DNA of 49,123 bases from Macrostomum lignano. Its lineage: Eukaryota. Under the pieces are notes generated by a model. The model was given only the letters and a program-made list of their open reading frames with translations, did no database searches and was not told where the DNA came from. This document shows, in pieces, positions 10,572-21,325 of the stretch (positions within the stretch are counted from its first letter, which is position 1; every line of letters starts with the position of its first letter). Position numbers and translations under genes: made by a program. The DNA lies in the NCBI GenBank assembly GCA_002269645.1, contig NIVC01004353.1, positions 1 to 49,123 on the forward strand, in the 5' to 3' direction.

Positions 10572-11797
10572 ATTTTTTTGCTGCGCCTTACAAGAGCAAC
10601 ACTGGCACACGAAATTCCAGAACACGGGATAACTTTTTGTTCCTCACCTTCTCAAACTTAAATCAAGTTTCCAACCCTCCGGACCGTCGAGATATTCAGA
10701 GATTCTGCCGGTCGGATTTTTTCCATAAGCGCCAGTGTATTCAGTACAACCCCTGTGCGCCAACCAGCACTGCACCTCAGTGCAGCCTTGCCAAGCCTCC
10801 AAATTACATCAGCACGTCGACCACATGTGTCTGCAACAGCTCTGACTTCGTTGGTCACTGGCTTTTACCCAGACAGAGCTTCTGGACCTTTAAAAGGTGG
10901 CACCAGGTGACTATGGACACGCTGTTGCAAATTTGCAAAATCGAGTTTCGCTGATCAAGCCTCGACAGTGGGCAAATCACAACTGCTGGACATCCTCAGC
11001 TAGTCTCTCCCGCATTCAATCATCACCCCATGCCGCCGGCACCTTCAAGTGAAGACGCCAGGCGACTATGGACACGGTGTTGAGAATTTCTATGTCGCTG
11101 ACCAAGCACCAATAATGGGCAAGCTTTAAATGATGACGTTCTTGATGAGGTAATTAGTTAATTAAACGGAGTTTTCGCGAAGAGAAAAAACTCGAATTCA
11201 CAGTGTGGGACTGAAGAACAAGTAATAAAAAGTTACTAAAATGACTATAAGTTACAAATATCATCTCTTGGGTGTCCGTAGTTATGGTTTCGTCTGTTAA
11301 AGGTGTCGACGACGGCTGAATGACGAGCGAATGCTTGAGAAACTAGTTCCAGATAGTTAAGGATACCTAGCAGTTCAGGTTTGCCCAATAATAGAAGCTT
11401 GATAACATAAATCTGACGTAGTTGCTAGAGAAATTTGCAACAGTGTGCCATAGTCACCTGGCACCACCACCTGTTGAAGGTCCAGAAGCTCCGCCTGGGT
11501 AAAAGCCAGTGACCAACGAAGTCAGCTGATGCGAACGCGCATGTGGTCGACGTTCTAATTAAATTTGGAAGTTTGGCAAGGCTGCACTGAGGTGCAGTGC
11601 TGGTTGGCGCACAGGGATGTACTGAATACACGGGCGCTTATGGGAAAATCCGACCTTCTGGCAGAATCGTCGAATATCTCGACGGTCCGGAGGGCTGGCA
11701 ACCTGATTCTTGTTTGAGAAGGCGCGCAACAAAAAAGTTAGCCAGTGTTCTTGAATTTTGTGTGCCTGTTTTGCTCCGTTTCGCCGCAGCAAAAAAT
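10572..11797. repeat. Long imperfect inverted repeat: arms ~10572-10935 and ~11430-11797, ~490 bp spacer
   Basis: The reverse complement of the right arm aligns along the whole left arm, including an identical core CCCTGTGCGCCAACCAGCACTGCACCTCAGTGCAGCCTTGCCAA. A partial direct copy lies at ~11040-11125 in the spacer. Confidence 0.9.
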
Positions 11798-11974
11798 TGT
11801 TAGGGGGGGGGGGGATTCCCCCTCCGCCCTTGGTAGTTCGACGGGCGGAATAATGGCTTGGTATTCCTATTTTTAATAAGAAAAGCGATCAGCTCAGTTC
11901 AATTTTTTCTTACATTGATCCTGCAATTAACTAAATGCTGTTGGTGCGGCTTTGGTACCGTGCCGTTTGGCGGT

Positions 11975-12813
11975 TAAGCCCACCCCTACTTCCTACCCTG
12001 CTGTCGCTGAACCGCTACTGTGTTGGGGTGGGTGCGGTTTATCGATTATCTGGCCGGCCCTCAGCCCCACCCCACTCCTAGGCCTTCTTCCTGCCCTGCT
12101 GTGTTGGGGTGGGTGCGGTTTATCGATTATCTGGCCGGCCCTCAGCCCCACCCCACTCCTAGGCCTTCTTCCTGCCCTGCTGTGTTGGGGTGGGTGCGGT
12201 TTATCGATTATCTGGCCGGCCCTCAGCCCCACCCCACTCCTAGGCCTTCTTCCTGCCCTGCTGTGTTGGGGTGCGGTTTATCGATTATCTGGCCGGCCCT
12301 CAGCCCCACCCCACTCCTAGGCCTTCTTCCTTGCCCTGCTGTGTTGGGGTGCGGTTTATCGATTATCTGGCCGGCCCTCAGCCCCACCCCACTCCTAGGC
12401 CTCTTCCTGCCCTGCTGTGTTGGGGTGGGTGCGGTTTATCGATTATCTGGCCGGCCCTCAGCCCCACCCCACTCCTAGGCCTTCTTCCTGCCCTGCTGTG
12501 TTGGGGTGGGTGCGGTTTATCGATTATCTGGCCGGCCCTCAGCCCCACCCCACTCCTAGGCCTCCTTCCTACCCTGCTGTGTTGGGGTGGGTGCGGTTTA
12601 TCGATTATCTGGCCGGCCCTCAGCCCCACCCCACTCCTAGGCCTCCTTCCTACCCTGCTGTGTCACTGAACCGCTGCTGTGTTGGGGTGGGTGCGGTTTA
12701 TCGATTATCTGGCCGGCCCTCAGCCCCACCCCACTCCTAGGCCTCCTTCCTACCCTGCTGTGTCACTGAACCGCTGCTGTGTTGGGGTGGGTGCGGTTTA
12801 TCGATTATTCTCA
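11975..12813. repeat. 81 bp GC-rich minisatellite (~10 copies)
   Basis: Unit CTGTGTTGGGGTGGGTGCGGTTTATCGATTATCTGGCCGGCCCTCAGCCCCACCCCACTCCTAGGCCTTCTTCCTGCCCTG. Period 81 (12018, 12099). Confidence 0.95.
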
Positions 12814-13030
12814 GCTTTACCTTATCGCTATTGATTTGAAAATAAAATCAGACAAAAGCCACGATCAGTTTGCAAGTATAATCCAATCAATAATATAAAA
12901 TGCATTACAAAGAAGGCGCAGACGCAAACTTAATCCAATCCGTTTTATTATTTTTAGTTTCGCACAAAGTTGAAAGGATGGCAGCGTACATAGCATGATT
13001 TGCCGCAGATAGTGAGAGATTTAAAACATT

Positions 13031-15046
13031 TTAGGCTGACGGCACCTTGGCGTACTGGAAGTCCGATCCTGTCATGTAGTCGGCAATGTCTAGTGCTACA
13101 ACGCAGCTCTCGCGAACCAGAATCTCCGGGTCAGTCAGGTATTGCCGGAGCAGTTCGACGCAGCGCGGCGTGCCAATGGCGCCGAGAGCTTCAGCTGCCT
13201 CGTGACGTACCATGCCGTGCTCTGATTGGTCAGTGAGGCGGCCAATCAGGGCCTCCATAGAGCTGGGATGGCCAAGCTGGCCCAGTACGAAGGCGACCTC
13301 GTGTCGTAGCAGAGCGCTCTCCGGGCAGGTCAGGGCGGCGCTAAGGCCGGCCACCGCCTCTTCGGCTGACTGGCCGTCTGGCGGCCCAGCGAGAGCAACG
13401 TTGCGCAGGCCGAACATCGCACAGTAGCGATCGTACAGGGGCGCGGATGGGTCCGACTGCAGCGGCGGAGTGGGATGGAACTGATATAAGATGGATCTGG
13501 TGTAGGGTTGTGGATGGCTAAAGTGTTAAGGGATCAGGCTTGGGATGAGTTGGCTGTGGGATGGATCAGGTGTGGCATGGACCAGGTGTGGAATGAATCA
13601 GGTGTGGCATGAATCAGGTGTGGCATAAATAAGGTGTGGCATGAATCAGGTGTGGGATGGATCAGGTGTGGGAATGGACCAGGTGTGGCATGAATCAGGT
13701 GTGGCATGAATCAGGTGTGGGATGGATCAGGTGTGGGATGGATCAGGTGTGGGAATGGACCAGGTGTGGCATGAACCAGGTGTGGCATAAATAAGGTGTG
13801 GCATGAATCAGGTGTGGGATGGATCAGGTGTGGGAATGGACCAGGTGTGGCATGAATCAGGTGTGGCATGAATCAGGTGTGGGATGGATCAGGTGTGGGA
13901 ATGGACCAGGTGTGGCATGAACCAGGTGTGGCATGAATCAGGTGTGGGATGGATCAGGTGTGGGATGGATCAGGTGTGGGATGGATCAGGTGTGGGAATG
14001 GACCAGGTGTGGCATGAACCAGGTGTGGCATAAATAAGGTGTGGCATGAATCAGGTGTGGGAATGGACCAGGTGTGGCATGAATCAGGTGTGGGATGGAT
14101 CAGGTGTGGGAATGGACCAGGTGTGGCATGAATCAGGTGTGGCATGAATCAGGTGTGGGATGGATCAGGTGTGGGATGGATCAGGTGTGGGATGGACCAG
14201 GTGTGGCATGAATCAGGTGTGGCATGAATCAGGTGTGGCATGAATCAGGTGTGGCATGGATCAGGTGTGGGATGGACCAGGTGTGGCATGAATCAGGTGT
14301 GGCATGAATCAGGTGTGGCATGAATCAGGTGTGGCATGGATCAGGTGTGGGAATGGACCAGGTGTGGCATGAATCAGGTGTGGCATGAATCAGGTGTGGC
14401 ATGAATCAGGTGTGGGATGGATCAGGTGTAGATGAGCGGGGAATACTCCCCCAGCCAGAGGTCAGAATCCGGCGCCTACAAAGCCCAGAGCGCGAGAATT
14501 GTCACTCACCAGCCTCTGGGCCATGGCGGCCACAGACTCTGAGGCTGAGGCAGGCGGCGTGGGATCAACAGAAGCGCAGGCGGCCACGGCGGCCGACACC
14601 TCCTCGGGTCGGGCGGTTTTTAGCCAGGCAATCCGCCGGACAGCCAGTTGGCAGGTCTCGGCCAGCTCCTGCTCTGGGGAGTCGGTCAGCTTGGCCACCG
14701 CGGCCAGCGCCTCCTCGGTGCCGATTGCGCCGAGCGCCTCGGCGGCCTCGTGCCGGACAATGACTGGCTGAGCGGGGTCGGCCAGCACGCGGCGCAGGAT
14801 TGCTGCAGAGGCCGGGTCGCCTTTCTGGCCGAGTACGTAGGCCATCTCGTGCTTCAACAGTGCGGACTTGTCGGTGAACAGGGCGGCGCCAATCAAGTCG
14901 ACGGCGGCCGGCTCTCTGGCGTGGCGCAAGCCGAACAGGCAGCGGTACTTTTCTACTAGGGGAGTCCGCTCGCCAGCCAGCTGCTCGCCCCAGCTGCGCA
15001 GAGTGGCCTCATCCACTGGCTTGATGTCTGCAGCTGCTGCGCTCAT
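13031..15046 (-). CDS. DOHH: Deoxyhypusine hydroxylase; exons 15046-14510 and 13456-13031, 320 aa
   Basis: HEAT-like repeats with all four His-Glu iron-binding motifs (KHEMAYVLGQ, RHEAAEALGAI, RHEVAFVLGQL, RHEAAEALGAI), YRCLFGLR/YCAMFGLR motifs and SVDP. Phase-0 intron with GTGAGT at 14509 and CTGCAG at 13457. AATAAA at 12949-12944. Confidence 0.95.
13555..14430. repeat. 16-17 bp minisatellite (~54 copies) filling the DOHH intron
   Basis: Plus-strand units CAGGTGTGGCATGAAT, CAGGTGTGGGATGGAT and CAGGTGTGGGAATGGAC. Confidence 0.95.
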
Positions 15047-15196
15047 GACGTCGCTAAGCTGCAAGAAGTATGTGACAAGCTTTTAACACTTCAAGCGTGT
15101 ACCAGCTGGCATCCTGATTTTCTATCTGACATTTTGAATTTCAAACGAGATTCCGACGCTTTAGAAAGCCAGCATTAATTGGTTACTTGCCAATTC

Positions 15197-15442
15197 AGCC
15201 AATCGGAGACAGACACGTCATGAAATAGAGTCTAGCCTATTGACAATCTATCCAATCCACGACAGACACGTCATGAAATAGTCTAGCTAACCTAGCCAAT
15301 CAGATACAGACACGTCATGAAAAAGTCTAGCTAACCTAGCCAATCAGATACAGACATGTCATGAAATAGTCTAGCTAATCTAGCCAATCCGAGACAGACA
15401 CGTTATAAAATAGAGTCCAACCAAGCCAAACAGAGACAGACC
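15197..15442. promoter_or_regulatory. 44 bp tandem repeat (~5.5 copies) carrying CCAAT and GACACGTCA motifs upstream of DOHH
   Basis: CCAAT at 15199, 15252, 15296, 15340 and 15384, each followed by GACA(C/T)GT(C/T)AT. The regulatory role is inferred. Confidence 0.5.
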
Positions 15443-17923
15443 CAATTTACGCTCGTATTGTAAATTATATGAAGATTAAAACAAAGCTATCACTATCACA
15501 CGCCGACACATTGATGTGCAGGTTATACTAGCATGGTATCTAAATTATAGCTTAATAACCAGACTCCAGCCTTAATCCGTAACGGGGTCAACCCGTTCTA
15601 AAGGGACAACCAAGCAACCAAGAAACGCTAAGGGTCTGACACCGTAGCTCAATTGGCTTGAATCTCTCTGGGGATATTGGAAAAAAGGAAGAAAAAAGGA
15701 AGACGAGTCCCCAAAAGATAGACAGAGAGGAAAAGGGCGAGATGGCAACGGAACAGGAGGGGAGAGGAAAGAGAGAACAGGAAAAGCGCAAAAATCCAAT
15801 AAATCCAAGTCTCCACGGATATCGCCAAAGAAAAAGCAGCAGATAGGCAGGCAAAGCTAGAAGCACCAGACCCAGCTCGATAATTGTCCAGCAAGTGCCC
15901 CGCCCCGTCCGATCCCAGCCAACACATCCAACTCTTGAGCTTGGAGGAGGGGGCGGGGTCGAGTCGAGGGGCGACCCAAGCCGAAGAAATCGTAGGTTTT
16001 CGGGTGGCAACGGCAATGGGACTGTCGAAGAAGTACTTTGGGAAGACTTGAAGGAGGGAGAGAGAGTAGGGACGGGAGGGAGGTGGGTGGGGTTCCCCCT
16101 CCCCTCCCCGATCTTGATTAATGCAGCCCGATGGTTCTCAGAAATCCACGACTCCTCTTACTTATTGCCTGGAAACTTGCAGCCAGGCCCAACTGGTTCG
16201 CGTCCTTGGACCCGCCTAACCCTATACTTAAAGATATATTTAGGGCTGGCTGGCATGCATTGAATGACTCTTCGGTGGCGGCTGACGTGTAGATAGCCGC
16301 ACTCGATGGAAGCCCAGCTATAGAGGGGATCGGAGAGAGCTGCGACAGGAGAAACTGAGTGCACCTCTCTGCACATTAGTGCACTTCTCTCTGTCTACCC
16401 TCCCCCTGTCTGGCTGGCTCACTGTGTGTGCGAATCCTTATCCCAGTCACCCCCATGGCTCCCATCCCTGTACTGGAGGTCCCGGCACAACTGACACATA
16501 CAGCGCACGCTGCATGCCCCAATAGCTGCTGAATTTAACTGGGAAATGGGATGTCTATTTATAACTCAGGAGCAAAGAGGACGAAGGGGGGGGGGGCGAT
16601 TGACCCGGCTGGAGAGAGATGAAAGACGCAAAAGTTGGCCCCCTTTTTTAAGTGTGAATCCCAATACGAAGAAGCCGAAATTGGATGACTGGAAATAATT
16701 GGCTGTGTTAGATTTCCGCTGGGAATAAGAGCATTTAAGCGAGGTAAAAGGGGAGATTCTATTCGAATGTAGGACATTATAACTTTAGACTGGCACCCAT
16801 ACAGAGTAAAATAGCGTTCGTTTGTACGATTGATTGTCTCCCCGCTGCATCTGTTGGCAGAGTGCACTGAGACAAAAGGTCTAATATAAACAGCATGGAT
16901 ATCTGCTTGGATTAACTCCCACCACTAGCCTCTTTCTAACTACCTGCAGCAATACAACCAACAAATGAATGCACAGATAAGAAGCTAGAGAGCCTTGGCT
17001 TAGCAGCGGGAAGCCAAATAATAGCAGCACAGAGAATGCGGGATGCCGCCCGGTGGGGAGCCGCGGCAAGACAGTGGGGACAAGGGGAGAGCGAACCAGC
17101 ATAAGAGGGATAAGAGGAAGCGGTATACGGGGGGGGGTTAGCGGGCGCAAAAGTACTGTTGAGAGGAATAAAATTTGGCGCAGAGCTGGATGGAAATATG
17201 GAGGATAAATAAGGATGCATAGAGACTGGCAGACGGACAGGCAGTTGCAGAAATGATAGGGAGCGCGGTGCTTGCATACAGAAGAATGGAATTTTCATAT
17301 ATGCACTGCGCTGCCTCGTTGGACAAATAATCATTAAGTGCCAGACAAAAGGAGAGAGAGGGGGACAGAGCATAGGAAGCTGGGGGGGGGGGGGAACAGA
17401 GCCCCAGCGAGATAATCCGGCCGATTCAGTAGGAAAGAGGAAATCGGGAAATGCTGATAACGATGAGCACTATAGCGCCCGCAATACACAGGCTCGCATG
17501 GCATGAAAAATCTGGCAAGCAGCGTCTCAGTTCACACAAGCGCAGCGAGCCTGAGAAAGGGCAGCTGGAGCTTTGATGAAAGAAGATGGAATGGTCCAAG
17601 TGAGAGGAGCTGGGAGAAGCAGCCAAGCGAACGACCGGAGAGCCGGAGATGGAGGAAATGGCGATGCGAGGAGGCCGGCGAAGAACCGGGCTACATATAC
17701 CGCATGTCTAGCAGGCACACGGATGGAAATTCGATGGGATAATCGCAGGGCCAGCTCGAGCCTGCCAGCTGTCACGCACAGCCAGGCGTGTAGGTAGCAA
17801 TACTGAGTAGCAAGAGAAGCAATCATTCCCCCGAAACCGCGCTATCACTGGACCTGCTCTCATTGAACCCCGAAAAAATTGCTTAGAAATAAAGATATGC
17901 CTAAGCTTGATCCATGCAAATCA

Positions 17924-18610
17924 ATATCCAGCATCGAATCTGGAGGTCAGGAGCCCCACAGCTTCATATCCAGCATCGAATCTGGGAGTCAGGAGCCCCA
18001 CAGCTTCATATCCAGCATCGAATCTGGAGGTCAGGAGCCCCACAGCTTCATATCCAGCATCGAATCTGGGAGTCAGGAGCCCCACAGCTTCATATCCAGC
18101 ATCGAATCTGGAGGTCAGGAGCCCCACAGCTTCATATCCAGAATCGAATCTGGAGGTCAGGAGCCCCACAGCTTCATATCCAGCATCGAATCTGGAGGTC
18201 AGGAGCCCCACAGCTTCATATCCAGCATCGAATCTGGAGGTCAGGAGCCCCACAGCTTCATACCCAGCATCGAATCTGGAGGTCAGGAGCCCCACAGCTT
18301 CATATCCAGCATCGAATCTGGAGGTCAGGAGCCCCACAGCTTCATATCCAGCATCGAATCTGGAGGTCAGGAGCCCCACAGCTTCATATCCAGCATCGAA
18401 TCTGGAGGTCAGGAGCCCCACAGCTTCATATCCAGCATCGAATCTGGAGGTCAGGAGCCCCACAGCTTCATATCCAGAATCGAATCTGGAGGTCAGGAGC
18501 CCCACAGCTTCATATCCAGCATCGAATCTGGAGGTCAGGAGCCCCACAGCTTCATATCCAGCATCGAATCTGGAGGTCAGGAGCCCCACAGCTTCATAAC
18601 CAGCATCGAA
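17924..18610. repeat. Near-perfect 42 bp minisatellite (~16 copies)
   Basis: Unit ATATCCAGCATCGAATCTGGAGGTCAGGAGCCCCACAGCTTC. Confidence 0.97.
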
Positions 18611-20564
18611 ATCTTGCACTAAAACGGGAGTAAGCAACGCATGAGGTCAATAAGCAGCCTCGAATCGGGGTCATATTTAATTTTACCGAAGTGTCACGCA
18701 AATTTTCGAAATTTTAGCTACGGAAATTGAAAAAATACACGAATCCATAGGGAAATTTTACTTTGCACGGCAGTCCCAGAGGAGAAGCAGGATCCCAACC
18801 CAAGCATTGCGATCCCAGTGGTAAAAAAGTAACATTCGATTAGGTTTCGCTACTAAAGCCGTTACTAAGGCGTAACAGATTGCTCCATTGCATCGCTAGT
18901 ATAGTTTCTGCCCTCGCGTCTTCATCGAGAACAGGGAATCTATAATGTATTTTGTGGTTTAAAAATAGCAGCCAATGTAAGTTTACTGCAAATACGACCT
19001 CGTATTCTGCAAGAGTTTCCATTTTTTGCAAAAAATTTTTTTTACTCTGCTCAGAATAAATTTTGCTGGCTTCTGCTTCCGCATGGATGCACCAATTGAT
19101 TATGAATCCTAGTAAGTTAATATTTCCATCCAACCCTAGTATATTTATTGATTCCTCTGTTGGCTTCCGAAACACATACGGACAAAGTCGAGAGGAGGGA
19201 GATCGAGCGCCATCATAAACAAAAAATACGACACGCACAGCCAACAAAAGGACATACTCATACCTCAACCGTTGTATAAATGTCATCCGGCCTTGCTTTC
19301 AATTAAAAAAATTATTTTATCACACTTGAAAAACGGAGAGTGCCTCTTCTCTTTTCTATGGACTGCTCTGTAAGACACTTTAGCTGAGAGGCCAGATAGG
19401 TTAAACACAGCGGCGGAGAAAAGAAACTCCCGAGGGTAGAGAGTGAGTAGAGCATGAGAGCAAGAGACGAAATGAGCGAAAGCGGAAAGGTGGCCCAATA
19501 AAGGAAAGCTGTAAAAAATGAGCCGACCAGCCTGAAACTGATGGAAGCATAAATCAAGCCGCACAGTGAGCACAGGGGCGCCGTGGATATTCTGAGGCTG
19601 CGCTGGAGATGGGAGCTCAGGATGAGAAAGCGGCTAGCTAAAAAGAGGCTGAGGAAATGTGAGCCGGGTCAGGGGGGGGGGGTGAGTTTGGATCCCAGTG
19701 CTCTTTCTCCAATTTTTCTGTGGGCGCAACTTGACCAAATGCACTCGCACACACACACACAAGCACACTGCTCATGGACTGCACACTGAGCACTGAGATT
19801 AAACGAACCACACCTACATTTGACAGTCTAAATCGGTTCTGCACCCCACAATGCAGCCCTTAGACTCATCCGACCAACCTCCCTGCTTTGAGTCTCCTTC
19901 CACACAGACTGGGCTGAGGACCCACGACACCGGCTCAAATTCGCGAAATAACATTAAGGAGTCGCTGGCCCATCCGCTTTCTGGACAGGCTCTCGCCACC
20001 TCCCTCGCCCTGGCTTTGCTTTCTCCCTTTCCACACTTCACTCAGTGCGACCAAGAAGTATAAAGAACGAAGGGGCGGAGGCGGAGACGAGAGAGACGTA
20101 TAGAGAAAAGAGCAGGGCAGAGGACTACAAACTGCATCAGGCAGGGATTGCGAGGGCTCGGAGGACTCTTTGGGGGGTTGCGGGCACAGCAGGGGGTTGG
20201 GGAGGTCGACACTGGCCGAATGCAAATTCCATCATCGGAATCAGAAATCCGTTTCTCTCCCATATAGCCATTTGGACTCTCGCACACTAGCTATAACGCC
20301 TCAGCTTTAGGGGTTAAGGCAAGAGAGGGCACTCTTTTATCGTTATTTCCAAACCATCAATGAGAATTCGAGTTCGAGGACTAAAAATTAAGGGGAGACT
20401 GGAAGAGGAAAGACTACTGGGGAGATAATGCTTTGGTGAGACATTTTTGCAAGCTCGAAATTTGGAAGTTCAGAGCTCACAAGTTAGAACTTTCATTAAG
20501 TTGAAATTACGCAAAAAATGGTGAACTTTTGAGCTCGTGAAGGATTCTATAGATGAAATCAAAT

Positions 20565-21325
20565 TTCGAGCTAGTGGAGGAGTGTATCTATCAATGATGC
20601 CCTTGAGTTAGTGGAGGAGTTCATCTATCAATAATGCCATTTAGTTCGTGGAGGATTTCATCTACCAATAATGCCATTTAGTTCGTGGAGGATTTCATCT
20701 ACCAATAATGCCATTTAGTTCGTGGAGGATTTCATCTACCAATAATGCCATTTAGTTCGTGGAGGATTTCATCTACCAATAATGCCATTTAGTTCGTGGA
20801 GGAGTTCATCTTCCAATGATGCCTTTTAGTTCGTGGAGGAGTTCATCTTCCAATGATGCCTTTTAGTTCGTGGAGGAGTTCATCTATCAATAATGCCTTT
20901 GAGCTAGTGGAGGAGTTCATCTTCCAATGATGCCTTTGAGTTCGTGGAGGAGTTCATCTATCAATGATGCCTTTGAGTTCGTGGAGGAGTTCATCTACCA
21001 ATGATGCCTTTGAGCTCGTGGAGGAGTTCATCTTCCAATAATGCCATTTAGTTCGTGAAGGAGTTCATCTATCAATAATGCCTTTGAGCTAGTGGAGGAG
21101 TTCATCTACCAATGATGCTTTTTAGTTCGTGGAGGAGTTAATCTATCAATAATGCCTTTGAGCTAGTGGAGGAGTTCATCTACCAATGATGCCTTTTAGT
21201 TCATGGAGGAGTTCATCTATCAATAATGCCTTTTAGTTCGTGGAGGAGTTCATGTACCAATGATGCCTTTGAGCTCGTGGATGAGTTCATCTACCAATGA
21301 TGCCTTTGAGTTCGTGGAAGATTTC
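20565..21325. repeat. 37 bp minisatellite (~20 copies)
   Basis: Unit TTAGTTCGTGGAGGA(G/T)TTCATCTACCAATAATGCCAT. Period 37 (20611, 20648, 20685). Confidence 0.95.

Noticed and set aside
11559-11792. RT-like peptide PPDRRDIRRFCQKVGF in the inverted repeat arms
   Set aside because: The resemblance to the gypsy RT thumb is short, and the frame is not conserved between the arms.
17924-21325. CRISPR-like appearance of the 42-bp and 37-bp arrays
   Set aside because: Units are head-to-tail with no unique spacers, no cas genes are present, and the context is eukaryotic.
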